From an uncultured Gemmatimonadales bacterium (lineage in GTDB: Bacteria; Gemmatimonadota; Gemmatimonadetes; Gemmatimonadales; GWC2-71-9), in contig CAVVWJ010000001.1 in the NCBI GenBank assembly GCA_963751925.1, forward strand, positions 452,497-516,496: a stretch of DNA of 64,000 bases, in the 5' to 3' direction. The translations under genes were made by a program, and so were the position numbers. A model generated the notes under the pieces. It was not told the DNA's origin. It made no database searches and worked only from the letters and a program-made list of their open reading frames with translations. Shown in pieces: positions 7,959 to 18,090 of the stretch. Position 1 is the stretch's first letter; every line of letters starts with the position of its first letter.

Positions 7959-10901
7959 ATGCCCACGCTGACCCTCAATGGGACCCCCGTTTCTTTCGAG
8001 CCCGGCGCGACGATTCTCGAGGCCGCTCGCACCTCCGGCGTCGAAATTCCTACGCTGTGCTGGTATCCCAAGCTGCCCATCGTAGGCAACTGCCGCATCT
8101 GCCTTGTGTCCGTCAAAGGTCAGAACAAGCTGCTTCCCGCCTGTGCCACCCCGGCTGCGGATGGAATGGTGATCGAATCTGAATCGCCGGCCGCGGTGGA
8201 CAACCGGAGGGGGGTGCTCGACTTCCTGCTGGAACGCTATCCCGGTGAACACCTCCTCAATGGCGGGCGGGCCCACCCTCGAAACGAGTTCGAACGCTAC
8301 GTCGTCCAGTACGACGTGCCGGTGCGGTCCCATCACGACCTGCCCTTGCGGAGTGGTGATGAGCGCCCAGGTGATGTGATGATCCAGCACGACATGACTA
8401 CCTGCATTCTCTGCACCCGCTGCGTACGCGCCTGCGAGGACATCCAAGAAGTGGGCGTGCTGGATGTCGGTATGCGAGGTGAGCACGCCCAGATCATCGT
8501 TGGAGGAGATGGCGACCCTGACCACGCCGGCTGTACCTGGTGCGGCGAGTGCGTCCGGGTTTGCCCCACCGGCGCCATCTTCGAGTTCATCCCCAAGCAG
8601 CAGTTCGGCGCCGAGGCGGTCCGCACCCCAGACCGAGTCGTCCGGTCCGTCTGCCCCTACTGCGCGGTCGGCTGCCAACTCGACCTGCACGTCAAAGACG
8701 AAAAGGTCATGCGGGTAACGTCGCCCTGGATCGAGGAGAATACGCCGAACCAGGGCTCCACCTGCGTCAAAGGCCGCTTCGGCTACGACTTCCCTCAGCA
8801 TCGCGACCGTCTCACCACCCCGCTGATCCGGAAAGGCTGGATGCAGCAGGACGGACGCTGGGTATGGACCGGCGAGTCACCACGATATAGAGAAGGACCC
8901 TGGCACACCATCGAGGAGATGGGTGAGCGCAAGAAGCCTCGGCCCCCGCTTCGCCAAATCGGCAAGCCGCCTCTGACCGGCGTGCCCCGCCTGGGAGACG
9001 AAGATGTCCGGGACCGGGTCGCCACCCCGGCCGGATGGTACAGCGCGTTCCGGGAGGCCAGCTGGGAAGAGGCCCTGAGCCTCGCGTCGCAGGAGATCAT
9101 GCGCATTCGGGACCAGCACGGACCTCGAGCCCTGGGCGCGCTCTCGTCGGCCAAGTGCTCCAACGAAGACAACTACGCGTTCATGCGAATGGTCCGCGGC
9201 GCCTTTCAGACCAACAGCGTGGACCACTGCACCCGCCTTTGTCACTCGACCTCGGTCGCCGCCATGAATCGCGCGCTCAACACGGCGGCCGCTTCCGGGT
9301 CTATGAGAGAGATCGAGGAAGCCTGCGACGTGATCTTCATTGCCGGCGCAAATACGACGGAGTCACACCCGGTCTTCGGAGCGTTGATTAAACGGGCGGT
9401 CGCTCGAGGCGCCAAGCTGATCGTGGCCGACGTCCGGAAAGTCGAGCTGGCCGAGCTCGCGGATATTCACCTCCAGATGTACCCCGGCTCCGACGTCGTC
9501 CTCTTCAATAGCATGCTGCATCACATCATCGAAGCCGGGCTCACTGATCCAGAGTTTATCGCCAACCGGACCAGCGACTTTGCCCAGGTCGAAGCAGCGG
9601 TGCGCCCCTACACCCTCGAAGTGGGCGAAAAGGTCACCGGAATTCCTCGAGAAGTGATTAGGGAAGCCGCCGAGATGTATGCCAGGGGCCCCAGGACGTC
9701 GACGCTCTGGGCGATGGGCCTGACCCAGCACGCCACCGGCACCGATATCGTCGCCAGCCTGCTAAACCTGCTGCTTGCCTGCGGGATGATCGGCAAGTGG
9801 GGCGCCCAGATGATGCCGATTCGCGGGCAGAACAACGTGCAGGGCGCGAGCGACATGGGGGCAATTCCATTTGCATATACCGACTATCGCCCTGTCACCC
9901 AGCCCGCCAATAGAGCCGAATACGCTCGCGCATGGGGAGTGCCGGAAGAGACGCTCTCCCTGCAGGACGGTATGATGGTCACCGAAATGACCAGGGAGGA
10001 CAGCCCTATACGTGGTCTCTACATCATGGGGGAGAACCCCGTGATTTCTGATCCCAACATCGCGCATGCCGAGGAATGGGTGCGCGGGCTCGAGTTCCTG
10101 GCAGTGCAGGATCTTTTCCTGACCGAAACCGCTCGATGGGCCGACGTCGTGCTTCCGGGGTCCTCCTTCGCGGAGAAGACCGGCACCTACGCCAATACCG
10201 AGCGGCGCATTCAGCTGGCCGAGGCGGCCCTGTCTCCTCCGGGTGAGGCTCGGCGGGATCTGGACATTCTCATCGAGTTGAGCAATCGACTCGGGCTCAA
10301 GACCGACTGGAGCGGTCCCGAGGACGTGATGCGGGAGATCGCCGCGGTTACCCCGTCCTGGCGCGGTGTGACGTATGCCGGACTCAAGGGCACTGGGCTC
10401 CAGTATCCGGTGCTCACGCCCGATTCCGAGGGCACCGCGTACCTGTTCAAGGACGCATTCCCGACGGCAGACGGTCGGGCCCAGTTCATCCCGGTGGAGT
10501 ACGTCGCACCCGAGGAGCTCCCGGATGACGACTATCCTTTCGTGATGAATACCGGACGGCAGATGTACCATTGGCACACCGGAACGATGACCCGGCGCTC
10601 CACCGGGCTCGATTCGCGCGAGCCCACGCCTGTGGTGGACATCAATCCACGCGACGCTATTGAGATGGGGGTGGCTGAGGGAGACACGGTCCGCGTCACC
10701 TCACGCCGGGGATCGATGCTCATTGGGGCCCGCCTGTCCGAGCGCCAGGCCCGGGGCCAGATCTTCATCCCGTTCCACTTCCGCGAGGCGGCAGCCAATC
10801 TTCTCACCAATCCTCGGCTAGACCCCTATGCCAAGATCGCGGAATTCAAGATCAGCGCCGTGAAACTGGAGCCGGTCCGCGAGCCGGTGTTTGCGGACTA
10901 G
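7959..10901 (+). CDS. fdhF: Formate dehydrogenase alpha subunit (NuoG-like 2Fe-2S/4Fe-4S N-terminus plus molybdopterin oxidoreductase), Cys type
   Basis: 980 aa. CWYPKLPIVGNCRICLV (2Fe-2S), CILCTRCVRAC and CTWCGECVRVCPTGA (4Fe-4S), CPYCAVGCQL (MopB cluster), CTRLCHSTSV (Cys in the place of Sec), and a C-terminal MopB barrel domain. Confidence 0.92.
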   Translation: MPTLTLNGTPVSFEPGATILEAARTSGVEIPTLCWYPKLPIVGNCRICLVSVKGQNKLLPACATPAADGMVIESESPAAVDNRRGVLDFLLERYPGEHLLNGGRAHPRNEFERYVVQYDVPVRSHHDLPLRSGDERPGDVMIQHDMTTCILCTRCVRACEDIQEVGVLDVGMRGEHAQIIVGGDGDPDHAGCTWCGECVRVCPTGAIFEFIPKQQFGAEAVRTPDRVVRSVCPYCAVGCQLDLHVKDEKVMRVTSPWIEENTPNQGSTCVKGRFGYDFPQHRDRLTTPLIRKGWMQQDGRWVWTGESPRYREGPWHTIEEMGERKKPRPPLRQIGKPPLTGVPRLGDEDVRDRVATPAGWYSAFREASWEEALSLASQEIMRIRDQHGPRALGALSSAKCSNEDNYAFMRMVRGAFQTNSVDHCTRLCHSTSVAAMNRALNTAAASGSMREIEEACDVIFIAGANTTESHPVFGALIKRAVARGAKLIVADVRKVELAELADIHLQMYPGSDVVLFNSMLHHIIEAGLTDPEFIANRTSDFAQVEAAVRPYTLEVGEKVTGIPREVIREAAEMYARGPRTSTLWAMGLTQHATGTDIVASLLNLLLACGMIGKWGAQMMPIRGQNNVQGASDMGAIPFAYTDYRPVTQPANRAEYARAWGVPEETLSLQDGMMVTEMTREDSPIRGLYIMGENPVISDPNIAHAEEWVRGLEFLAVQDLFLTETARWADVVLPGSSFAEKTGTYANTERRIQLAEAALSPPGEARRDLDILIELSNRLGLKTDWSGPEDVMREIAAVTPSWRGVTYAGLKGTGLQYPVLTPDSEGTAYLFKDAFPTADGRAQFIPVEYVAPEELPDDDYPFVMNTGRQMYHWHTGTMTRRSTGLDSREPTPVVDINPRDAIEMGVAEGDTVRVTSRRGSMLIGARLSERQARGQIFIPFHFREAAANLLTNPRLDPYAKIAEFKISAVKLEPVREPVFAD

Positions 10902-10934
10902 CTGCGAACAACGGCCGACAGCACCGCAAGGACG

Positions 10935-10975
10935 GAAAGGTCACTGCCATTGGCGCAGTGACCTTTTCCCTTTCC
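10935..10975 (+). terminator. Intrinsic terminator after the formate dehydrogenase gene
   Basis: A perfect 12-bp stem AAAGGTCACTGC (10935-10946) / GCAGTGACCTTT (10954-10965) with a 7-nt loop, followed by a T/C-rich tail TCCCTTTCC. Confidence 0.6.
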
Positions 10976-11028
10976 GCCCTTCCCTACCGTCCCGCCTTAT
11001 ATTCCCCGCGACCTTACTCTGAGGCTCG

Positions 11029-12069
11029 ATGCGCGCGCTGGTGAAGGAATCCAAGGGTCCCGGTATCGTACTGCGCGACGTGCCGGTGCCTTCCTGCGGC
11101 CCCAGCGAGGCCCTGATCCGGGTGCAGTATGCCGGCGTCTGCGGCACCGACCTCCACATCTGGGAGTGGGATAGCTGGGCGAGCGGCCGGCTCAAACTGC
11201 CCGTCATCGTTGGTCACGAATTCTCCGGCGAGATCACCCAGTTGGGGGCAGAGGCTGCATCGGACGGATTACTGGCGGTCGGAGATCGAGTCACTGCGGA
11301 AGGCCACGTCGTGTGTGGCCACTGTCTCCAATGCCGCCTGGGAGATGCCCACCTCTGCCGGCGTACCCAGATCATCGGGGTTGACCGCGCTGGCGCCTTT
11401 GCCGACTACATCGTGATGCCCGCCTCCAACATCATGAAGCTGGACGGAATCTCGGCTGAGATCGGTGCCATCATGGACCCGATGGGGAATGCGGTCCATA
11501 CCGTCCTCGAAGCCGAGGTGCCGGGCAGCACCGTGCTGGTCATCGGCTGCGGACCGATCGGCTGTTTCGCGGTCGGGGTCGCCAGAGCAGCCGGAGCATC
11601 ACTTGTGATAGCCAGCGACTACAACCCGAAGCGCCTGGACCTGGCTCGAGCCATGGGTGCGCAGGTGACGCTCAACCCCCAGACGGACGACGTCGTCGCG
11701 CGCGTCCGAGAGCTCACCGGCGGAGACGGGGTTGACCTGGTCTGCGAGATGAGTGGACACCCGAGTGGCCACGCGCAGGCCTTCGCGGCAACCCGACTGG
11801 GCGGACGCATCAACTTCCTGGGCACGCCGAGCCGATCGACCGAAGTTGATTTCGCCCGCGATGTCATCTTCAAGGGACTGACACTTTACGGCGTGACCGG
11901 GCGCAAGATGTACGAGACCTGGCACCAGATGCAGAGATTCCTGCGAGCTGGGCAACTGGACCCCAGGCCCGTGATCACCCACCGCTTCCCGCTCGAATGC
12001 ATCGCCGACGCGATCCAGGTCATCAAGGATGGTCAGGCGGGGAAGGTGATTCTGGAGATCAGCACATGA
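11029..12069 (+). CDS. tdh: L-threonine 3-dehydrogenase
   Basis: 346 aa zinc-ADH fold. GVCGTDLHI, GHEFSGE, CGHCLQCRLG, GCGPIG. Coupled to kbl by an ATGA overlap. Confidence 0.93.
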   Translation: MRALVKESKGPGIVLRDVPVPSCGPSEALIRVQYAGVCGTDLHIWEWDSWASGRLKLPVIVGHEFSGEITQLGAEAASDGLLAVGDRVTAEGHVVCGHCLQCRLGDAHLCRRTQIIGVDRAGAFADYIVMPASNIMKLDGISAEIGAIMDPMGNAVHTVLEAEVPGSTVLVIGCGPIGCFAVGVARAAGASLVIASDYNPKRLDLARAMGAQVTLNPQTDDVVARVRELTGGDGVDLVCEMSGHPSGHAQAFAATRLGGRINFLGTPSRSTEVDFARDVIFKGLTLYGVTGRKMYETWHQMQRFLRAGQLDPRPVITHRFPLECIADAIQVIKDGQAGKVILEIST

Positions 12070-13265
12070 CCAACGCCCTGGAGCGGCGTCTCGAGCCGCA
12101 GCTCGAACAGTTCATCGCCGATGGCACCTATAAGAGGCTGAACTTCCTGGAGAGCGCCCAGGATGCCCGAGTGCAGATGGAGGGCCGGGGAGAAGTCATC
12201 ATCCTCTCTTCCAACAATTATCTGGGTCTGTCCAACGAGCCGAGTGTCGTCGCAGCGGGAAAGGCGGCGCTCGACCGATTCGGGGCCGGCACCGCCTCAG
12301 TGCGTTTCATCTGCGGCACCTTCACCATCCATCGAACGCTCGAAGCCGCCTGCGCCCGGCTGGTCGGCACCCCTGCCTCACTGAGTTTCGTGAGTGCCTG
12401 GAACGCCAATGAGGCGGTCCCTGCAACGCTGCTGAGCGAGAACGACTTCATCATCAGCGATCAGCTGAATCATGCCTCCATCATCGACGCGATCCGCTTG
12501 GCCAAGTCGATCACCAAGTGCCAGACTGCGGTGTACCGTCACGCGGACCTGGCTGATCTCGACAGCAAACTCACCGCCGCCCGAGACCGACAGGTCAAGA
12601 TGGTCGTGACCGATGGCGTCTTCTCGATGGAAGGCGCCATCGCCAATCTGCCTGACTTACTCGAGGTGTGTCGGAGGCACGACGCGGTGCTGGTGGTTGA
12701 CGATTCTCATGCGACCGGTGTGCTGGGCGCCAAAGGCCGTGGGACTGCCGAGCACTTTGGCGTCGTAGGCGAGGTGGACATCATCACGTCGACCCTGGGG
12801 AAAGCCCTCGGCGGTGCCGCCGGCGGGTTCGTCGCAGCTTCGGCGTCGACCTGTGACTACCTGACGCAGCGCGCACGCCCGCAGCTTTTCTCTAACGCAC
12901 TTCCTCCCACGGTTGCTGCCAGTGCGCTCGCCAGTATCGAATTCATCGAGTCCTACCCGGAACGTGTGGCCACGCTGAAAGAGAGAGCTCGATACTTTCG
13001 CGAGCAGCTCCTGGGGCTCGGGTTTCAGCCACTTTCCGGAGAGACGCCGATCATACCCGTCATCCTGGGCGAGACGGCGGCAGCAATTCGAATGAGCGAC
13101 CTGCTGCTTGATGAGGGAGTCTTCGTGACCGGCTTCGGGTATCCAGTGGTGCCGCAGGGTCAGGCCCGCGTGCGATGCCAGATCTCCGCCGCGCACACCC
13201 GTGACGACCTGGACGAGGCACTGGCGGCATTCAAGAAGGTTGGCCGAAAACTCAATTTGATCTGA
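12066..13265 (+). CDS. kbl: Glycine C-acetyltransferase (2-amino-3-ketobutyrate CoA ligase)
   Basis: The ATG at 12066 overlaps the tdh stop. SNNYLGL, DQLNHASIIDA, VDDSHATG, and the PLP-lysine motif STLGKALGG. Confidence 0.93.
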   Translation: MTNALERRLEPQLEQFIADGTYKRLNFLESAQDARVQMEGRGEVIILSSNNYLGLSNEPSVVAAGKAALDRFGAGTASVRFICGTFTIHRTLEAACARLVGTPASLSFVSAWNANEAVPATLLSENDFIISDQLNHASIIDAIRLAKSITKCQTAVYRHADLADLDSKLTAARDRQVKMVVTDGVFSMEGAIANLPDLLEVCRRHDAVLVVDDSHATGVLGAKGRGTAEHFGVVGEVDIITSTLGKALGGAAGGFVAASASTCDYLTQRARPQLFSNALPPTVAASALASIEFIESYPERVATLKERARYFREQLLGLGFQPLSGETPIIPVILGETAAAIRMSDLLLDEGVFVTGFGYPVVPQGQARVRCQISAAHTRDDLDEALAAFKKVGRKLNLI

Positions 13266-13507
13266 TAATCCGCTTTATGTGGACGGGCCCGGTCCTTGCA
13301 CTTCCACCCTCCCCGACGGGCATAGGAGGGTTGCCTCGGACGTTGTAAGTCCTTGTTCGGAAGCAGCGTACCTGCTGCAACCAAGGTCGCAATTCTCTCC
13401 TCTCCCGCGTTTTCCAGCATGAGTTCCCGCATTTTGACGTACCGTGCCGAGTCGACCACCGTCGGAGCCAGGACCCGCCTGGTGCGGACACTTTATGGAG
13501 GCAGTCC

Positions 13508-14245
13508 ATGCGCATTCTGAAGCTGAGCCTCGCCGCTCTAGGTCTTGTTAGCCTTATGGCTGCCGGCCGGGCAGAGGCGCAGGTTGGGGGCGGAACCGGC
13601 ACCTTTAAGTGGTACGTCGGCGGCCAGGGAGGAATCACGAGCTTTCGGAGCCCAGTCACCGGACGTGAGTTCGTTCCCATGGGTGGCGGTCATCTTCTGA
13701 TTACCGCCAAGCGGACCGGTCTTCTCTTGTCAGTTGATCAGGGATTTGGGCCAACCCAGACGACGGCAACGTCGTTCATCGTGCGGGACAGCACTGGGAA
13801 TATCTCAGATTCAGGATCCGAGTTCTGGTCGTTCAAGGGAATTCGGCGCTACTCGGCCTCCCTGGTTGGATACCCGATCCGCAATCAGAACATTCAGCCG
13901 TATGTTGGAGTCGGCTTCGGGATCGCCCACACCACGAGCAACTCCCCGGGCATAATGGCCAATGGGAATGTTGAGAGTGGCCTGAGCAGCACAGCGTTTG
14001 GATCGGCCCTGGCGGGATTGGAGTTCCGGGTCGGACCGTTCAGCGCATTCGGGCAGTTTCAGGTGACCACAAAGCAGGGATACAAGCAGGTGGACAACGT
14101 CCTGCGGCGGAACAAGGCAGGCGACCCCGTGGTCACCCGCTCCGACTTCGGAGAATGGACCTTGGGGGCGAACCATACGCTCAGCGGCGGACTTCGCTTC
14201 AGCCTCGGGAACGCGCGGGAACGGGCCACCTCCGGAGGTTACTGA
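13508..14245 (+). CDS. Outer-membrane beta-barrel (porin/OmpW-like family) protein
   Basis: Signal peptide MRILKLSLAALGLVSLMAAGRAEAQ, alternating beta-strand pattern, and an aromatic C-terminus (..SGGY). Confidence 0.7.
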   Translation: MRILKLSLAALGLVSLMAAGRAEAQVGGGTGTFKWYVGGQGGITSFRSPVTGREFVPMGGGHLLITAKRTGLLLSVDQGFGPTQTTATSFIVRDSTGNISDSGSEFWSFKGIRRYSASLVGYPIRNQNIQPYVGVGFGIAHTTSNSPGIMANGNVESGLSSTAFGSALAGLEFRVGPFSAFGQFQVTTKQGYKQVDNVLRRNKAGDPVVTRSDFGEWTLGANHTLSGGLRFSLGNARERATSGGY

Positions 14246-14272
14246 GTTTAGCTCCACAATTTGAGGTGACAT

Positions 14273-14312
14273 GGGGGCGGGAGGTCAGGGCGACCTTCCG
14301 CCCCCGTTTTTT
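14273..14312 (+). terminator. Intrinsic terminator after the OMP gene, overlapping the 3' end of convergent mpg
   Basis: GGGGGCGGGAGGTC (14273-14286) / GACCTTCCGCCCCC (14292-14305) with one G-T pair, followed by GTTTTTT. Confidence 0.7.
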
Positions 14313-14905
14313 CTGGACGTCCATGGCGATCCAGCGACTATGAACCGGAGCGGCCAGTCGGCGGCCTTGGTGATGCCGATTCGGGGTGTCGCTGAAACAG
14401 TATGTCCGCTCCCCAGCCTCTCCCGCCGCACTACGACCAGCGAACCGGACATAGGCTGTCCGTCCAGCTCTCGGGTAATTCCCAGCGCCTGACACAGCTT
14501 TCCCGGTCCCGAGCAGAGCTCCCGGTCGGGGACATTCCCTCTCCGGCTCCGCATTACATCCAGCCCGCTCATTGGCTCGAGCGCCCGGAGGAGAACAGCA
14601 CTGGCCAACCCGGCTCTCTGACAGACCAGGTTGGCGCACCAGTGCATTCCGTAGGAGAGATAGACGTACCAGAGGCCGGGTGGTCCGAACAACGCCGCGT
14701 TCCGCGCATTCCGCCGGTGGAGGTAGCCGTGTGAAGCCGGATCGTCGAAGCCGAGGTAGGCTTCCGTCTCCACGATCCTGGCTTCGGTCAACTGCCCACC
14801 TACGGTGGAAACGACACGCATGCCGAGAAGCTCTGCCGCAACGACTTCGGCCTGCCGCTTGAAAAAGGCGACGGGCAGCGTGGCTGCCCGTCTTTGAGAA
14901 ATCAT
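14285..14905 (-). CDS. mpg: DNA-3-methyladenine glycosylase (AAG/Mpg family)
   Basis: 206 aa. ARIVETEAYLG..DPASH, GLWYVYLSYGMHWCANLV, LCSGPGKLCQALGI. The start overlaps the upstream NYN gene stop (ATGA). Confidence 0.88.
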   Translation of the reverse strand: MISQRRAATLPVAFFKRQAEVVAAELLGMRVVSTVGGQLTEARIVETEAYLGFDDPASHGYLHRRNARNAALFGPPGLWYVYLSYGMHWCANLVCQRAGLASAVLLRALEPMSGLDVMRSRRGNVPDRELCSGPGKLCQALGITRELDGQPMSGSLVVVRRERLGSGHTVSATPRIGITKAADWPLRFIVAGSPWTSRKNGGGRSP

Positions 14906-16536
14906 TCAGACTTCTTCTTGGGCCGAGGTCGTCTGGGCCGCTTGACTGGAGGAGCTTCCGTGGTTGTCGTCTCCTCAGCGGCTGCTGCTTCCGGCTGGGC
15001 CGCTCTGGTCCGCTTGCGAGGCGGCCGTCGCGGGCGCACCGGCTTCTCCTCTGAGATGTCGGGAGCCGGCTCCGCTGGTGCCGCTTGCACCGGTTCGGGG
15101 GGAGCCTCGATTTCTACGACACCAATGAGCGGAATATCGGCGGCTCTGGTGGGGCCGCGGGAGCCGCGACGGAAGCGGAGACCGAGCCGTTGCCCATTCT
15201 CCCGGGGGCCGGTCGGTGCCGCCACGTCCGGAATCGGGTCACCCACCGGCGCGGGCGAGACCGACTCCTCTGGTGGCGGACTCGCCGTCGGCGATGAGCG
15301 GCCGGCGGAACGCTGCGTCCCAATCTCATAGTCGTTCTCGCCCACCTTCCGGACGTCGGCCACTTCGGCGTCGTTGGCCTGGCGAAGGAGGCGAGGAAAG
15401 CGGCTGGCGTCGAGCAGAGGATCCTCTTTGCCGTGCATGGCGACCATGCGCAGACGGAGTGCTTCCTGCCCGACAGGTGACCTGAACTCCGATAGCGCCT
15501 GGCTCATGAGCTGGAAGGCCCGAGCGAGCGTGAGCATGCCATCGGTTCGGTCTTCCCGGGCTGATGGTCCCGGCGCTCCCTCACTCTGGACCGCCTCCAC
15601 TGGTCGGTCTCGGCGGGCTCCACCATCGCGGCCTCCATTGCGATCGCGTCCACCACGCCCGCGCCGGCCGCGCCCCCTTCTGCCTCCATCATCGCGGCCT
15701 TCCCTCACGGCTTCAGGGGCAGATCGTGATCCGCTCGGTGAGGGTGCACTAGAAACAGCCGGCTTGGCCCCGGGTCCAGGCGCCACTTCGTACTGCCCGT
15801 TGTCGAGCTTCGACAACGTCACAACGCCCTTTTGCCCGGCTTCGATCACAAACTTGCTGAAGCGATTGAACCCGGCGTTGCGCTCATCGAAGTTGGGATC
15901 GATCTGCTGCATCACCTGCTTCAATCGGTCGGAGCGCATGACATCGCCGTTCCGAACCATCTGCGCCACTGCTTCGGCCGCGAGCTCCCATGGGTCGCGC
16001 TGAGTGGACGGTGTATCGACTTCCTTGGTAAGGCCGGCGAGATCGTTGTAGGAGTAGTACTCGTCGCAGTTCTGGATCAGCAGGTCGCTGGCGGACTCGC
16101 GTATACCGACGCCAATCACATACTTCCCGTACTCCTTCAACTTGATGACCATGGTCGAGAAGTCACTGTCGCCCGAGAGCAGGATGAATGTCCCGATCTC
16201 TGGTCGAGTGAACACCAGCTCAATGGCATCAATAGCTAGACGGATATCGGTCGCGTTCTTCTTGCTGGAGCCGAACGCCGGCGCGAAAATGAGATCGATG
16301 GACGATTCAGAGAGCGGGACGATGTACTGCGGGTAGCGGCGCCAGTCGGCATAGGCGCGCTGCACTGCAACCTTGCCTTTGATGATATCGCTATTGAGGA
16401 GAGTGCGAAGCTCCTTGGTCAGGTCCTTCTGGATACCAAGGGTGACATTATCGAAGTCGATCAGCAGGGCAGCGTGGGGGGCATGGACGTGGGGCTCGCT
16501 CAAGTGCCGCCCCGGCCGAATCAGCGGTCGGTTCAC
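14902..16536 (-). CDS. NYN (LabA/PIN-like RNase) domain protein with two OST-HTH/LOTUS domains, an RGG-rich linker and a basic low-complexity tail
   Basis: NYN: ALLIDFDNV...KNATDIRLAIDA...ILLSGDSDFSTMVIKLKEYGKYVIGVG. LOTUS-like: IDPNFDERNAGFNRFSKFVIEAGQKG. The start is uncertain: a GTG at 16536 is preferred, and the longest ORF reaches 16674 through an R/P/A-rich extension. Confidence 0.8.
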   Translation of the reverse strand: MNRPLIRPGRHLSEPHVHAPHAALLIDFDNVTLGIQKDLTKELRTLLNSDIIKGKVAVQRAYADWRRYPQYIVPLSESSIDLIFAPAFGSSKKNATDIRLAIDAIELVFTRPEIGTFILLSGDSDFSTMVIKLKEYGKYVIGVGIRESASDLLIQNCDEYYSYNDLAGLTKEVDTPSTQRDPWELAAEAVAQMVRNGDVMRSDRLKQVMQQIDPNFDERNAGFNRFSKFVIEAGQKGVVTLSKLDNGQYEVAPGPGAKPAVSSAPSPSGSRSAPEAVREGRDDGGRRGRGRRGRGGRDRNGGRDGGARRDRPVEAVQSEGAPGPSAREDRTDGMLTLARAFQLMSQALSEFRSPVGQEALRLRMVAMHGKEDPLLDASRFPRLLRQANDAEVADVRKVGENDYEIGTQRSAGRSSPTASPPPEESVSPAPVGDPIPDVAAPTGPRENGQRLGLRFRRGSRGPTRAADIPLIGVVEIEAPPEPVQAAPAEPAPDISEEKPVRPRRPPRKRTRAAQPEAAAAEETTTTEAPPVKRPRRPRPKKKSE

Positions 16537-16917
16537 GTATCGCTCGTTCCAGGTCCGCCGCCTCGCACTCGCTTTGCCAAGCCTGGCCGGACCCGGTTGT
16601 CGGCAGGCGGCGAGCGGTCGTGCGAGATCAGGGACCAAATGGGGCGCACCGCCGACGTCCTTCAGTCGATCCACGAGTGCGCCGTGTCGGCCGCTCCTCC
16701 ACCCGCGCCGGATTTTCGCAGCAGTCGGGGAGGAGCGAACAAGAGATTGCCTTCATCCACTCGCTCACGAGCGCCTCCCCAGCCGGGCCGCTGAGGTGCG
16801 CAATGCTCATTGGGAGTGGCTAGCCGCCGGAGTCGCCGCATGATGGCGGCTACACGGGACCAGCGGGCCAAATCTATTCGCAGGGCGTAAGCGTTGAAAG
16901 GGGGCGCTGGTGCCGGC

Positions 16918-18090
16918 TCAGCCGAACTGAGGCTCCCCAGCAACGGGCAGGTCAAGGACAAAGTAGAAGCGGGTGCCATACCCAGGAGACGTCTCGACCT
17001 CCATAGCGGCTCCCATGGCTTCGACCAGTTTCCGACAGATCGAGAGGCCAAGGCCGGAACCAGAGAAGGCGTATTCCCCTGGTTTCTGACGGCGCCGGAA
17101 TGGATCGAACAGCGTCGCCATGGATTGAGGCGGGATCCCGCGGCCGGTATCGCGAACAGAAAATTCGATTTCGCGGCCGGTCCGCTGCACCGCAGCGACC
17201 TCCACAAACCCCTCGGCCGTAAACTTCAGTGCATTGGTCGTGAGATTCAGCAGTACCCGGCTCAGCGCGACCGGGTGGCCGATTCGAAAGTCGATTTCAG
17301 GGCTGGTTACCCGCACTGCCAGGTTCTTCTCCTCGGCGATCGGCTGGACGATATCCCGCACCGATTCGAGAATGTCGGTAACCGAGAACGGAATAGGATC
17401 CAGATCGACGAGCCGGTCACCGCCCCGCGCAAGCTCGATGACATCGCTCGCCACTGAGCTCAGGCCGAACGCCGCGCTGTAGATCAGCCCCAACTGCCGT
17501 TCCTGCACCTCGTTCACCGCGCCGCTACGCCCCCGCTGCAGCGTTTCGGCAAGAAAGAGAATGGACGTGAGCGGTGAGCGGAGGTCATGGGCAACCTCGA
17601 CCACCAGCTCCAGGCCGTCGGGAGCGGACAGCCGGTCGGTGAATCGCTGAGACCAGTCCGCTTCGAGATGTTGACCCACCTGTTCCACTGCATGAAGGAT
17701 GTGCAGAAGCTGGGTTGGATCGACGGCGGGCAGCGCTCGGGCGCGCTCGATGAATGATGTGCGAATGAGACCGAGCATGTGGCGGGATAGCGCATTCTGC
17801 GGCACACTAGTGACTGGAGCCTCCTGCCCCGCGGCTACGTGCCGGATCGCGGCACAAAGTTGCGCGAGATGTGCGGCCGCTTCTTCCGCGCCGGAAGCAT
17901 GCTGGACGGCGCGTTCCCATTCTGCCTCCGCCCACAGTACCGACTCCTTCAGGGCATCCCAGAGTGCCGGTGCCACGGCACTGCTAACCGGACCCTCAGG
18001 GTCCCAGACCCGAGGCCGGCCCGGCACATCGGGGGCGACCCGACGACGCTCGCCTGTCGCCGAGGCGGGCAGGACCGTCTCCGGGATCAC
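16918..18090 (-). CDS. Cytoplasmic sensor histidine kinase (HisKA plus HATPase_c)
   Basis: 390 aa with a GTG start overlapping the upstream regulator stop (GTGA). H-box VAHDLRSPLTSILFLAETL, N-box LLNLTTNALKF, G-boxes VRDTGRGI and GSGLGLSI. No transmembrane segment is evident. Confidence 0.85.
   Translation of the reverse strand: MIPETVLPASATGERRRVAPDVPGRPRVWDPEGPVSSAVAPALWDALKESVLWAEAEWERAVQHASGAEEAAAHLAQLCAAIRHVAAGQEAPVTSVPQNALSRHMLGLIRTSFIERARALPAVDPTQLLHILHAVEQVGQHLEADWSQRFTDRLSAPDGLELVVEVAHDLRSPLTSILFLAETLQRGRSGAVNEVQERQLGLIYSAAFGLSSVASDVIELARGGDRLVDLDPIPFSVTDILESVRDIVQPIAEEKNLAVRVTSPEIDFRIGHPVALSRVLLNLTTNALKFTAEGFVEVAAVQRTGREIEFSVRDTGRGIPPQSMATLFDPFRRRQKPGEYAFSGSGLGLSICRKLVEAMGAAMEVETSPGYGTRFYFVLDLPVAGEPQFG

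Noticed and set aside
7959-10901. A possible selenocysteine (in-frame TGA plus SECIS) in the formate dehydrogenase gene.
   Set aside because: The 980-codon frame is uninterrupted, and the position equivalent to Sec/Cys reads Cys (CTRLCHSTSV). This is a Cys-type enzyme.
13266-13507. A possible riboswitch or sRNA in the 242-bp lower-GC gap between kbl and the OMP gene.
   Set aside because: Only short, unremarkable hairpins are present (CCCTCC...GGAGGG, GCAGC...GCTGC). I see no resemblance to riboswitch cores I can recall and no terminator-antiterminator pair. The evidence is insufficient without covariance-model searches.
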